DNA from: Eledone cirrhosa
Lineage: Eukaryota
DNA: 64,000 nt
Direction of reading: 5' to 3'
NCBI GenBank assembly: GCA_964016885.1
Contig: OZ024743.1
Span: forward strand, 141,484,001 to 141,548,000
The position numbers and the translations under genes are program-made. Within the stretch, counting starts at the first letter, position 1. Each line of letters opens with the position of its first letter. Under the pieces are notes generated by a model. The model saw nothing but the letters and a program-made list of their open reading frames with translations. It was not told where the DNA came from and made no database searches. Shown here piece by piece: positions 11,801-24,906 of the stretch.

Positions 11801-14800
11801 TGCTTGGTGCTTGGTGCTTGGTGTTTTGTGTTTGGTGCTTGGTGCTTGGTGCCTGGTGCTTGGTGCTTGGTGCTTGTTGTTTGGTGCTTGGTGCTTGGTG
11901 CTTGGTGTTTGGTGCTTGGTGCTTGGTGCTTGGTGTTTGGTGTTTGGTGCTTGGTGTTTGGTGCTTGGTGTTTGGTGCTTGGTGCTTGGTGCTTGGTGTT
12001 AGGTGTTTGGTGCTTGGTGCTTGGTGTTTGATGTTTGGTCCTTGGTGCTTGTTGTTTGGTGTTTGGTGCTTGGTGCTTGGTGTTTGGTGTTTGGTGCTTG
12101 CTGCTTGCTGCTTGGTGTTTGGTGCTTGGTGATTGGTGCTTGGTGTTTTATGCTTGGTGCTTGGTGTTTGGTGCTAGGGGCTTGGTGCTAGATGCTTGGT
12201 GTTTGGTGCTTGGTGCTTGCTGTTTGGTGTTTGGTGCTTGGTGCGTGGGACTTAGTGTTTGGTGTTTGGTGCTTGGTGTTTTGTGCTTGGTGTTTGGTGC
12301 TTGGTGCTTGGTGTTTGGTGTTTGGTGCTTGGTGCTTGGGGCTTGGTGTTTGGTGCTTAGTGTTTGGTGCTTGGTGTTTGGTGCTTGGTGCTTGGTGCTT
12401 TGTGTTTGGTGTATGGTGTTTGGTGCTTGGTGTTTGGTGCTTGGTGCTTGGTGCTGGGTGGTTGGTGTTTGGTGTTTGGTGCTTGGTGATTGGTGCTTAT
12501 TGTTTGGTGCTTGGTGCTTGGTGCTTGGTGCTTGGTCTTTGGTGCTTGGCGTTTGGTGTTTGGTGCTTGGTGCTTGGTGCTTGGTGATTAGTGTTTGGTG
12601 TTTGGTGCTTGGTGTTTGGTGCTTGGTGCTTGGTGCTGGGTGGTTGGTGTTTGGTGTTTGGTGCTTGGTGATTGGTGCTTATTGTTTGGTGCTTGGTGCT
12701 TGGTGCTTGGTGCTTGGTCTTTGGTGCTTGGTGTTTGGTGCTTGGTGTTTGGTGTTTGGTGCTTGGTGCTTGGTGCTTGGTGATTAGTGTTTGGTGCTTG
12801 GTGCTTGGTGCCTGGTGCTTGGTGCTTGGTGCTTGTTGTTTGGTGCTTGGTACTTGGTGATTAGTGTTTGGTGCTTGGTGCTTGGGGTTTGGTGTTTGGT
12901 GCTTGGGGTTTGGTGTTTGGTGCTTGGTGCTTGGTGTTTGGTGCTTGGTGCTTGGTGTTTGGTGCTTGGTGCTTTGTGTTTGGTGCTTGGTGTTTGGTGC
13001 TTTGATGCTTGGTGCTTGGTGCTTGGTGTTAGGTGTTTGGTGCTTGGTGATTGGTGTTTGATGTTAGGTTCTTGGTGCTGGGTGTTTGGTGTTTGGTGCT
13101 TGGTGCTTGGTGTTTGGTCTTTGGTGCATGCTGCTTGGTGCCTGGTGTTTTGTGTTTGGAGTTTGGTGCTTGGTGTTTGGTGCTTGATGCTTGGTGTTTG
13201 GTGTTTGGTGTTTGGTGATTGGTGCTTGGTGTTTGGTGCTTGGTGCTTGGTGCTTGGTGTTTGGTGTTAGGCGTTTGGTGCTTGGTGCTTGGTATTTGAT
13301 GTTAGGTTCTTGGTGCTTGGTGTTTGGTGTTTGGTGCTTGGTGCTTGGTGTTTGGTGTTTGGTGCTTGATGCTTGGTGCTTGGTGTTTTGTGTTTGGAGT
13401 TTGGTGCTTGGTGTTTGGTGCTTGGTGCTTGGTGTTTGGTGTTTGGTGTTTGGTGTTTGGTGATTGGTGTTTGGTGTTTGGTGCTTGGTGTTTGGTGCTT
13501 GGTGCTTGGTGCTTGGTCCTTGGTGCTTGGTGTTTGGTATTTGGAGCTTGGTGCTTGGTGTTTGGTGTTTGGTGCTTGCTGCTTGCTGCTTGGTGTTTGG
13601 TGCTAGGGACTTGGTGCTTGGTGCTTGGTGTTTGGTGCTTGGTGTTTGGTGTTTGGTGCTTGGTGCGTGGGACTTGGTGTTTGGTGCTTGGTGTTTGGTG
13701 CTTGGTGTTTGGTGCTTGGTGCCTGGTGCTTGGTGTTTGGTGTTTGGTGCTTGGTGTTTGGTGTTTGGCGTTTGCTGTTTGCTGTTTGGTGTTTGGTGTT
13801 TGCTGTTTGGTGTTTGCTGTTTGGTGTTTGGTGTTTGGTGCTTGGTGCTTGGTGTTTGGTGCTTGGTGCTTGGTGCTTGGTGTTTGGTCCTTGGTGCTTG
13901 GTGCTTGGTCTTTGGTGTTTGGGTTTTGGTGTTTGGTGCTTGGTGCTTGGTGTTTGGCGCTTGGTGATTGGTGCTTGGTGCTTGGTGTTTGGTGCTTGCT
14001 GCTTGGTGCTTGGTGTTTGGTGCTTGGTGCTTGGTGATTAGTGTTTGGTGATTGGTGCTTCGGGTTTGGTGTTTGGGGCTTGGTGTTTGGTGCTTGGTGC
14101 TTGCTGTTTGGTGATTGGTGTTTGGTTCTTGGTGCTTGGTGTTTGGTGTTTGGTGTTTGGTGCTTGGTGCTTGGTGCTTGGTGTTTGGTGCTTGGTGCTT
14201 GGTGCTTGGTGCTTGGTGTTTGGTGCTGCGTGCTTGGTGTTTGGTGTTTGGTGGTTGGTGCCTGGTGATTGTTGTTTGGTGTTTGGTGCTTAGTGCTTGG
14301 TGTTTGGTGTTTGGTGCTTGGTGCTTGGTGGCTAGTGTTTGGTGCTTGGTGTTTGGAGTTTGGTGCTTGGTGCTTGGTGCCTGGTGTTTCGTCCTTGGTG
14401 CTTGGTGCTTGGTGTTTGGTGTATGGTGCTTGGTGTTTGGTGTTTGGTACTTGGTGCTTGGTGCTTGGTGCTTGGTGTTTGGTGCTTGGTGTTTGATGCT
14501 GCGTGCTTGGTGTTTGGTGTTTGGTGCTTGGTGCTTGGTGTTTGGTGTTTGGAGCTTGGTGCCTGGTGCTTGTTGTTTGGTGTTTGGCGCTTGGTGCTTG
14601 GTGTTTGGTGTTTGGTGCTTGGTGCTTGATGCTTGGTATCTGGTGTTTGGTGCTTGATGTTTGGTGTTTGGTGCTTGGTGTTTGGTGTTTGGTGCTTGGT
14701 GCTTGGTGTTTGGTGCTTGGTGTTTGGTGCTTGGTGTTTGATGCTTGGTGTTTGCTGCTTGGTGCTTAGTGCTTGGTGTTTTGTGTTTGGTGCTTGGTGC

Positions 14801-16450
14801 ATGGAGTCTGGTGCTTGGTGCTTGGTGCTTGTTGTTTGGTGCTTGGTGCTTGGTGATTAGTGTTTGGTGCTTGGTGCTTGCGGTTTGGTGTTCGGTGCTT
14901 GGGGTTTGATATTTGGTGCTTGGTGCTTGGTGTTTGGTGCTTGGTGCTTGGTGCTTGGTGTTTGGTGCTTGGTGCTTGGTGTTTGGTGCTTGGTGCTTGG
15001 TGTTTGGTGTTTGGCGTTTGCTGTTTGCTGTTTGGTGTTTGCTGTTTGCTGTTTGGTGCTTGGTGCTTGGTGTTTGGTGTTTGGTGTTTGGTGCTTGGTG
15101 CTTGGTGTTTGGTGCTTGGTGCTTGGTGCTGGGTGTTTGGTGCTTGGTGCTTGGTGTTTGGTTGTTGGTGCTTGGTGCTTGGTGTTTGGTCCTTGGTGCT
15201 TGGTGCTTGGTCTTTGGTGCTTGTGTTTTGGTGTTTGGTGCTTGGTGCTTGGTGTTTGGTGCTTGGTTCTTGGTGCTTCGTGCTTGGTGTTTGGTGATTG
15301 CTGCTTGGTGCTTGGTGTTTGGTGCTTGGTGCTTGGTGATTAGTGTTTGGTGATTGGTGCTTGGGGTTTGCTGTTTGGTGCTTGGTGTTTGGTGCTTGGT
15401 GCTTGCTGTTTGGTGTTTGGTGTTTGGTTCTTGGTGCTTGGTGTTTGGTGTTTGGTGTTTGGTGCTTGGTCCTTGGTGCTTGGTCCTTGGTGCTTGGTGC
15501 TTGGTGCTTGGTGTTTGGTGCTGCGTGCTTGGTGTTTGGTGTTTGGTGCTTGGTGCCTGGTGCTTGTTGTTTGGTGTTTGGTGCTTAGTGCATGGTGTTT
15601 GGTGTTTGGTGCTTGGTGCTTGGTGGCTGGTGCTTGGTGTTTGGTGTTTGGAGTTTGGTGCTTGGTGCTTGGTGCCTGGTGTTTCGTGCTTGGTGCTTGG
15701 TGTTTGGTGTTTGGTGCTTGGTGCTTGGTGTTTGGTGTTTGGAGCTTGGTGCCTGTTGCTTGTTGTTTGGTGTTTGGTGCTTGGTGCTTGGTGTTTGTTG
15801 TTTGGTGCTTGGTGCTTGATGATTGGTATCTGGTGTTTGGTGCTTGATGTTTGGTGTTTGGTGCTTGGTGCTTGGTGCTTGGTGTTTGGTGTTTGGTGCT
15901 TGGTGCTTGGTGTTTGGTGCTTGGTGTTTGGTGTTTGGTGTTTGATGCTTGGTGTTTGCTGCTTGGTGCTTGGTGCTTGGTGTTTTGTGTTTGGTGCTTG
16001 GTGCTTGGTGCCTGGTGCTTGGTGCTTGGTGCTTGTTGTTTGGTGCTTGGTGCTTGGTGCTTGGTGTTTGGTGCTTGGTGCTTGGTGCTTGGTGTTTGGT
16101 GCTTGGTGCTTGGTGTTTGGTGCTTGGTGCTTGGTGTTTGGTGCTTGGTGTTTGGTGCTTGGTGCTTGGTGCTTGGTGCTTGGTGTTAGGTGTTTGGTGC
16201 TTGGTGCTTGGTGTTTGATGTTTGGTCCTTGGTGCTTGGGGTTTGGTGTTTGGTGCTTGGTGCTTGGTGTTTGGTGTTTGGTGCTTGCTGCTTGCTGCTT
16301 GGTGTTTGGTGCTTGGTGATTGGTGCTTGGTGTTTTGTGCTTGGTGCTTGGTGTTTGGTGTTTGGTGCTAGGGGCTTGGTGCTTGGTGCTTGGTGCTTGC
16401 TGTTTGGTGTTTGGTGCTTGGTGCGTGGGACTTAGTGTTTGGTGTTTGGT
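8900..16450 (+). repeat. Older, edited duplication with ~4.2 kb offset (~8900-12280 vs ~13280-16450)
   Basis: Colinear ORF pairs with drifting offsets: 8941/13324 (4383), 9861/14041 (4180), 10666/14860 (4194), 11079/15343 (4264), 11692/15851 (4159). All offsets equal 7n+1, matching the single 8-bp unit at 13001. Confidence 0.75.
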
Positions 16451-17609
16451 GCTTGGTGTTTGGTGCTTGGTGTTTGGTGCTTGGTGTTTGGGGCTTGGTG
16501 TTCGGTGCTTGGTGCTTGGTGCTTGGGGCTTGGTGTTTGGTGCTTGGTGCTTGGTGCTTGGTGTTTGATGTTGGGTCCTTGGTGCTTGGTGTTTGGTGTT
16601 TGGTGCTGGTGTTTGGTGTTTGGTGCTTGGTGCTTGGTGTTTGGTGTTTGGTGCTTGGTGCTTGGGGCTTGGTGTTTGGTGCTTGGTGCTTGGTGTTTGG
16701 TGCTTCTGCTTGGGGCTTGGTAGTTGGTGCTTGGTGCTTGGTGCCTGGTGTTTGGTGTTTGGTGTTTGGTGCTTGGTGTATGGTGCTTGGTGCTTGGTGC
16801 TGGGTGGTTGGTGTTTGGTGCTTGGTGCTTGGTGTTTGGTGCTTGGTGCTTGGTGCTTGTTGTTTGGTGCTTGGTGCTTGGTGCTTGGTCTTTGGTGCAT
16901 GGTGTTTGGTGTTTGGCGCTTGGTGCTTGGTGCTTCGTGATTGGTGCTTGGTGCTTGGTGCTTGGTGTTTGGTGCTTGGTGCTTGGTGATTAGTGTTTGT
17001 TGCTTGGTGCTTGGGGTTTGGTGGTTGGTGCTTGGTGCTTGGTGTTTGGTGTTTGGTGTTTGGTGTTTGCTGTTTGTTGTTTGGTGTTTGATGTTTGGTC
17101 CTTGGTACTTGGTGTTCGGTGCTTGGTGCTTGGTGCTTGGTGCTTGGTGTTTGGTGTTTGGTGCTTGGTGCTTGGTGTTTGATGTTTGGTCCTTGGTGCT
17201 TGGTGTTTGGTGTTGTGTGCTTGGTGCTTGGTGCTTGGTGTTTGGTGCTTGGTGCTTGGTGCTTGGTGTTTGGCGTTTGCTGTTTGCTGTTTGGTGTTTG
17301 GTGTTTGCTGTTTGGTGTTTGCTGTTTGGTGCTTGGTGCTTGGTGTTTGGTGTTTGGTGCTTGGTGTTTGGTGCTTGGTGCTTGGTGCTGGGTGTTTGGT
17401 GCTTGGTGCTTGGTGTTTGGTTCTTGGTGATTGGTGCTTGGTGTTTGGTCCTTGGTGCTTGGTGCTTGGTCTTTGGTGCTTGGGTTTTGGTGTTTGGTGC
17501 TTGGTGCTTGGTGTTTGGTGCTTGGTGTTTGGTGCTTGGTGCTTGGTTATTAGTGTTTGGTGATTGGTGCTTGGGGTTTGGTGTTTGGGGCTTGGTGTTT
17601 GGTGCTTAG

Positions 17610-19245
17610 TGCTTGCTGTTTGGTGTTTGGTGTTTGGTTCTTGGTGCTTGGTGTTTGGTGTTTGGTGTTTGGTGCTTGGTGCTTGGTGCTTGGTGTTTGG
17701 TGCTTGGTGCTTGGTGCTTGGTGTTTGGTGCTGCGTGTTTGGTGTTTGGTGTTTGGTGCTTGGTGCCTGGTGCTTGGTGCTTGGTGTTTGGTGCTTGGTG
17801 TTTGATGCTGCGTGCTTGGTGCTTGGTGTTTGTTGTTTGGAGCTTGGTGCCTGGTGCTTGTTGTTTGGTGTTTGGCGCTTGGTGCTTGGTGGCTGGTGTT
17901 TGGTGCTTTGTGTTTGGAGTTTGGTGCTTGGTGCTTGGTGCCTGGTGTTTCGTGCTTGGTGCTTGGTGCTTGGTGTTTGATGTTTGGTGCTTGGTGTTTG
18001 GTGTTTGGTACTTGGTGCTTGGTGCTTGGTGCTTGGTGTTTGGTGCTTGGTGTTTGATGCTGCGTGCTTGGTGTTTGGTGTTTGGTGCTTGGTGCTTGGT
18101 GTTTGTTGTTTGGAGCTTGGTGCCTGGTGCTTGTTGTTTGGTGTTTGGCGCTTGGTGCTTGGTGTTTGGTGTTTGGCGCTTGGTGCTTGGTGTTTGGTGT
18201 TTGGTGCTTGGTGCTTGGTGCTTGGTATCTGGTGTATGGTGCTTGATGTTTGGTGTTTGGTGCTTGGTGTTTGGTGTTTGGTGCTTGGTGTTTGGTGCTT
18301 GGTGCTTGGTTATTAGTGTTTGGTGATTGGTGCTTGGGGTTTGGTGTTTGGGGCTTGGTGTTTGGTGCTTAGTGCTTGGTGCTTGGTCTTTGGTGCTTGG
18401 GTTTTGGTGTTTGGTGCTTGGTGCTTGGTGTTTGGTGCTTGGTGTTTGGTGCTTGGTGCTTGGTTATTAGTGTTTGGTGATTGGTGCTTGGGGTTTGGTG
18501 TTTGGGGCTTGGTGTTTGGTGCTTAGTGCTTGCTGTTTGGTGTTTGGTGCTTAGTGCTTGCTGTTTGGTGTTTGGTGTTTGGTTCTTGGTGCTTGGTGTT
18601 TGGTGTTTGGTGTTTGGTGCTTGGTGCTTGGTGCTTGGTGTTTGGTGCTTGGTGCTTGGTGCATGGTGTTTGGTGCTGCGTGTTTGGTGTTTGGTGTTTG
18701 GTGCTTGGTGCCTGGTGCTTGGTGCTTGGTGTTTGGTGCTTGGTGTTTGATGCTGCGTGCTTGGTGCTTGGTGTTTGTTGTTTGGAGCTTGGTGCCTGGT
18801 GCTTGTTGTTTGGTGTTTGGCGCTTGGTGCTTGGTGGCTGGTGTTTGGTGCTTTGTGTTTGGAGTTTGGTGCTTGGTGCTTGGTGCCTGGTGTTTCGTGC
18901 TTGGTGCTTGGTGCTTGGTGTTTGATGTTTGGTGCTTGGTGTTTGGTGTTTGGTACTTGGTGCTTGGTGCTTGGTGCTTGGTGTTTGGTGCTTGGTGTTT
19001 GATGCTGCGTGCTTGGTGTTTGGTGTTTGGTGCTTGGTGCTTGGTGTTTGTTGTTTGGAGCTTGGTGCCTGGTGCTTGTTGTTTGGTGTTTGGCGCTTGG
19101 TGCTTGGTGTTTGGTGTTTGGCGCTTGGTGCTTGGTGTTTGGTGTTTGGTGCTTGGTGCTTGGTGCTTGGTATCTGGTGTATGGTGCTTGATGTTTGGTG
19201 TTTGGTGCTTGGTGTTTGGTGTTTGGTGCTTGGTGTTTGGTGCTT
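17610..19245 (+). repeat. ~690-bp block duplicated at offset 945 bp (135 units)
   Basis: ORF pairs 17613/18558, 17812/18757, 17984/18929 and 18064/19009. Boundaries are approximate. Confidence 0.85.
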
Positions 19246-22009
19246 GGTGTTTGGTGTTTGGTGTTTGATGCTTGGTGTTTGCTGCTTGGTGCTTGGTGCT
19301 TGGTGTTTTGTGTTTGGTGCTTGGTGCTTGGTGCCTGGTGCTTGGTGCTTGGTGCTTGTTGTTTGGTTCTTGGTTCTTGGTGCTTGGTGTTTGGTGTTTG
19401 GTGTTTGGTGCTTGGTGCTTGGTGCTTGGTGTTTGGTGCTTGGTGCTTGGTGTTTGGTGCTTGGTGCCTGGTGCTTGTTGTTTGGTGTTTGGTGCTTAGT
19501 GCTTGGTGTTTGGTGTTTGGTGCTTGGTGCTTGGTGGCTGGTGTTTGGTGCTTGGTGTTTGGAGTTTGGTGCTTGGTGCTTGGTGCCTGGTGTTTCGTGC
19601 TTGGTGCTTGGTGCTTGGTGCTTGGTGTTTGGTGTTTGGTGTTTGGTGTTTGGTGTTTGCTGTTTGGTGTCTGCTTTTTGGTGTTTGGTGTTTGCTGTAT
19701 GGTGTTTGCTGTTTCGTATTTGGTTTTTGCTGTTTGGTGTTTGGTGTTTGCTGTTTGGTGTTTGGTGTTTGGTGCTTGGTGCTTGGTGCTTGGCTTTGGT
19801 GCTTGGTGCTTGGTGTTTGGTGCTTGGTGCTTGGTGTTTGGTGTTTGGTGCTTGGTGCCTGGTGCTTGTTGTATGGGGTTTGGTGCTTGGTGCTTGGTGT
19901 TTGGTGTTTGCTGCTTGGTGTCTGGTGATTGGTGCTTGGTGTTTGGTGTTTGGTGCTTGGTGCTTGGTGCTTGGTGTTTGGTGTTTGGTGCTTGGTGCTT
20001 GGTGTTTGGTGTTTGGTGCTGGGTGCATGGAGTTTGGTGCTTGGTGCTTAGTGCTTGGTGTTTGGTGCTGCGTGCTTGGTGTTTGGTGTTTGGTGTTTGG
20101 TGCCTGGTGCTTGTTGTTTGGTGTTTGGTGCTTAGTGCTTGTTGTTTGGTGTTTGGCGCTTGGTGCTTGGTGTTTGGTGTTTGGCGCTTGGTGCTTGGTG
20201 TTTGGTGTTTGGTGCTTGGTGCTTGGTGCTTGGTATCTGGTGTATGGTGCTTGATGTTTGGTGTTTGGTGCTTGGTGTTTGGTGTTTGGTGCTTGGTGTT
20301 TGGTGCTTGGTGTTTGGTGTTTGGTGTTTGATGCTTGGTGTTTGCTGCTTGGTGCTTGGTGCTTGGTGTTTTGTGTTTGGTGCTTGGTGCTTGGTGCCTG
20401 GTGCTTGGTCCTTGGTGCTTGGTGCTTGGTCTTTGGTGCTTGGGTTTTGGTGTTTGGTGCTTGGTGCTTGGTGTTTGGTGCTTGGTGCTTGGTGCTTGGT
20501 GCTTGGTGTTTGGTGCTTGGTGCTTGGTTTTTGGTGTTTGGTGCTGGGTGCATGGAGTTTGGTGCTTGGTGCTTGTGCTTGGTGTTTGGTGTTTGGTGCT
20601 TGGTATTTGGTGTTTGGTGTTTGATGCTTGGTGTGTGGTGCTTGGTGCTTGGTGTTTTGTGTTTGGTGCTTGGTGCTTGGTGCCTGGTGCTTGGTGCTTG
20701 GTGCTTGTTGTTTGGTGCTTGGTGCTTGGTGATTAGTGTTTGGTGCTTGGTGCTTGGTGTTTGGTGCTTGGTGTTTGGTGCTTGGTGCCTGGTGCTTGGT
20801 GTTTGGTGTTTGATGCTTGGTGTTTGGTGTTTGGTGTTTGGTACTTGGTGTTCGGTGCTTGGTGCTTGGTGCTTGGTGCTTGGTGTTTGGTGTTTGGTGC
20901 TTGGTGCTTGGTGTTTGATGTTTGGTCCTTGGTGCTTGGTGTTTGGTGTTGTGTGCTTCGTGCATGGTGCTTGATGTTTGGTGCTTGGTGCTTGGTGCTT
21001 GGTGTTTGGCGTTTGCTGTTTGCTGTTTGGTGTTTGGTGTTTGCTGTTTGGTGTTTGCTGTTTGGTGTTTGGTGTTTGGTGCTTGCTGTTTGGTGCTTGG
21101 TGCTTGGTGTTTGGTGTTAGGTGCTTGGTGTTTGGTGCTTGGTGCTTGGTGCTGAGTGTTTGGTGCTTGGTGCTTGGTGTTTGGTGCTTGGTGATTGGTG
21201 CTTGGTGTTTGGTCCTTGGTGCTTGGTGCTTGGTCTTTGGTGCTTGGGTTTTGGTGTTTGGTGCTTGGTGCTTGGTGTTTGGTGCTTGGTGCTTGGTGCT
21301 TGGTGCTTGGTGTTTGGTGCTTGCTGCTTGGTGCTTGGTGTTTGGGGCTTGGTGCTTGGTGATTAGTGTTTGGTGATTGTGCTTGGGGTTTGGTGTTTGG
21401 GGCTTGGTGTTTGGTGCTTAGTGCTTGCTGTTTGGTGTTTGGTGTTTGGTTCTTGGTGCTTGGTGTTTGGTGTTTGGTGTTTGGTGCTTGGTGCTTGGTG
21501 CTTGGTGTTTGGTGCTTGGTGCTTGGTGTTTGGTGCTTGGTGCCTGGTGCTTGTTGTTTGGTGTTTGGTGCTTAGTGCTTGGTGTTTGGTGTTTGGTGCT
21601 TGGTGCTTGGTGGCTGGTGTTTGGTGCTTGGTGTTTGGAGTTTGGTGCTTGGTGCTTGGTGCCTGGTGTTTCGTGCTTGGTGCTTGGTGCTTGGTGCTTG
21701 GTGTTTGGTGTTTGGTGTTTGGTGTTTGGTGTTTGCTGTTTGGTGTCTGCTTTTTGGTGTTTGGTGTTTGCTGTATGGTGTTTGCTGTTTCGTATTTGGT
21801 TTTTGCTGTTTGGTGTTTGGTGTTTGCTGTTTGGTGTTTGGTGTTTGGTGCTTGGTGCCTGGTGCTTGTTGTATGGTGTTTGGTGCTTGGTGCTTGGTGT
21901 TTGGTGTTTGCTGCTTGGTGTCTGGTGTTTGGTGCTTGGTGTTTGGTGTTTGGTGCTTGGTGCTTGGTGCTTGGTGTTTGGTGTTTGGTGCTTGGTGCTT
22001 GGTGTTTGG

Positions 22010-23630
22010 TGTTTGGTGCTGGGTGCATGGAGTTTGGTGCTTGGTGCTTAGTGCTTGGTGTTTGGTGTTTGGTGCTTGGTATTTGGTGTTTGGTGTTTGA
22101 TGCTTGGTGCGTGGTGCTTGGTGCTTGGTGTTTTGTGTTTGGTGCTTGGTGCTTGGTGCCTGGTGCTTGGTGCTTGGTGCTTGGTGTTTGGTGCTTGGTG
22201 TTTGGTGCTTGGTGCCTGGTGCTTGGTGTTTGGTGTTTGATGCTTGGTGTTTGGTGTTTGGTGTTTGGTACTTGGTGTTCGGTGCTTGGTGCTTGGTGCT
22301 TGGTGCTTGGTGTTTGGTGTTTGGTGCTTGGTGCTTGGTGTTTGATGTTTGGTCCTTGGTGCTTGGTGTTTGGTGTTGTGTGCTTGGTGCTTGGTGCTTG
22401 GTGTTTGGTGCTTGGTGCTTGGTGTTTGGTGTTTGGCGTTTGCTGTTTGCTGTTTGGTGTTTGGTGTTTGCTGTTTGGTGTTTGCTGTTTGGTGCTTGGT
22501 GCTTGGTGTTTGGTGTTTGGTGCTTGGTGTTTGGTGCTTGGTGCTTGGTGCTTGGTATTTGGTGCTTGGTGCTTGGTGTTTGGTGCTTGGTGATTGGTGC
22601 TTGGTGTTTGGTCCTTGGTGCTTGGTGCTTGGTCTTTGGTGCTTGGGTTTTGGTGTTTGGTGCTTGGTGCTTGGTGTTTGGTGCTTGGTGTTTGGTGCTT
22701 GGTGCTTGGTTATTAGTGTTTGGTGATTGGTGCTTGGGGTTTGGTGTTTGGGGCTTGGTGTTTGGTGCTTAGTGCTTGCTGTTTGGTGTTTGGTGTTTGG
22801 TGCTTGGTGCTTGGTGTTTGGTGTTTGGTGCTGGGTGTATGGAGTTTGGTGCTTGGTGCTTAGTGCTTGGTGTTTGGTGTTTGGTGCTTGGTATTTGGTG
22901 TTTGGTGTTTGATGCTTGGTGCGTGGTGCTTGGTGCTTGGTGTTTTGTGTTTGGTGCTTGGTGCTTGGTGCCTGGTGCTTGGTGCTTGGTGATTAGTGTT
23001 TGGTGCTTGGTGCTTGGTGTTTGGTGCTTGGTGTTTGGTGCTTGGTGCCTGGTGCTTGGTGTTTGGTGTTTGATGCTTGGTGTTTGGTGTTTGGTGTTTG
23101 GTACTTGGTGTTCGGTGCTTGGTGCTTGGTGCTTGGTGCTTGGTGTTTGGTGTTTGGTGCTTGGTGCTTGGTGTTTGATGTTTGGTCCTTGGTGCTTGGT
23201 GTTTGGTGTTGTGTGCTTGGTGCTTGGTGCTTGGTGTTTGGTGCTTGGTGCTTGGTGCTTGGTGTTTGGCGTTTGCTGTTTGCTGTTTGATGTTTGGTGT
23301 TTGCTGTTTGGTGTTTGCTGTCTGGTGCTTGGTGCTTGGTGTTTGGTGTTTGGTGCTTGGTGTTTGGTGCTTGGTGCTTGGTGCTGGGTGTTTGGTGCTT
23401 GGTGCTTGGTGTTTGGTGCTTGGTGATTGGTGGTTGGTGTTTGGTCCTTGGTGCTTGGTGCTTGGTCTTTGGTGCTTGGGTTTTGGTGTTTGGTGCTTGG
23501 TGCTTGGTGTTTGGTGCTTGGTGTTTGGTGCTTGGTGCTTGGTTATTAGTGTTTGGTGATTGGTGCTTGGGGTTTGGTGTTTGGGGCTTGGTGTTTGGTG
23601 CTTAGTGCTTGCTGTTTGGTGTTTGGTGTT
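22010..23630 (+). repeat. ~0.8-kb tandem duplication (offset 812-833 bp)
   Basis: ORF pairs 22349/23182 and 22727/23560 (833). TGGGTGY-ATGGAGT marker at ~22020 and ~22832 (812). Boundaries are approximate. Confidence 0.75.
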
Positions 23631-24906
23631 TGGTTCTTGGTGCTTGTTGTTTGGTGTTTGGTGTTTGGTGCTTGGTGCTTGGTGCTTGGTGTTTGGTGCT
23701 TGGTGCTTGGTGCTTGGTGTTTGGTGCTGCGTGTTTGGTGTTTGGTGTTTGGTGCTTGGTGCCTGGTGCTTGTTGTTTGGTGTTTGGTGCTTGGTGCCTG
23801 GTGTTTCGTGCTTGGTGCTTGGTGCTTGGTGTTTGATGTTTGGTGCTTGGTGTTTGGTGTTTGGTACTTGGTGCTTGGTGCTTGGTGCTTGGTGTTTGGT
23901 GCTTGGTGTTTGATGCTGCGTGCTTGGTGTTTGGTGTTTGGTGCTTGGTGCTTGGTGTTTGGTGTTTGGAGCTTGGTGCCTGGTGCTTGTTGTTTGGTGT
24001 TTGGCGCTTGGTGCTTGGTGTTTGGTGTTTGGCGCTTGGTGCTTGGTGTTTGGTGTTTGGTGCTTGGTGCTTGGTGCTTGGTATCTGGTGTTTGGTGCTT
24101 GATGTTTGGTGTTTGGTGCTTGGTGTTTGGTGTTTGGTGCTTGGTGTTTGGTGCTTGGTGTTTGGTGTTTGGTGTTTGATGCTTGGTGTTTGCTGCTTGG
24201 TGCTTGGTGCTTGGTGTTTTGTGTTTGGTGCTTGGTGCTTGGTGCCTGGTGCTTGGTGCTTGGTGCTTGTTGTTTGGTTCTTGGTGCTTGGTGATTAGTG
24301 TTTGGTGCTTGGTGCTTGCTGATTGGTGTTTGGTGTTCGGTTCTTGGTGCTTGGTGTATGGTGTTTAGTGTCTGGTGCTTGGTGCTTGGTGCTTGGTGTT
24401 TGGTGCTTGGTGCTTGGTGCTTGGTGTTTGGTGCTGCGTGCTTGGTGTTTGGTGTTTGGTGTTTGGTGCCTGGTGCTTGTTGTTTGGTGTTTGGTGCTTA
24501 GTGCTTGGTGTTTGGTGTTTGGTGCTTGGTGCTTGGTGGCTGGTGCTTGGTGCTTGGTGTTTGGAGTTTGGTGCTTGGTGCTTGGTGCCTGGTGTTTCGT
24601 GCTTGGTGCTTGGTGCTTGGTGTTTGGTGTTTGGTGCTTGGTGTTTGGTGTTTGGTGCTTGGTGCTTGGTGTTTGGTGTTTGGTGCTTGGTGTTTGGTGC
24701 TTGGTGCTTGGTGCTGGGTGTTTGGTGCTTGGTGCTTGGTGTTTGGTGCTTGGTGCTTGGTGCTTGGTTTTTGGTCCTTGGTGCTTGGTGCTTGGTCTTT
24801 GGTGCTTGGGTTTTGGTGTTTGGTGCTTGGTGCTTGGTGTTTGGTGCTTGGTGCTTGGTGCTTGGTGCTTGGTGTTTGGTGCTTGGTGCTTGGTGTTTGG
24901 TGTTTG

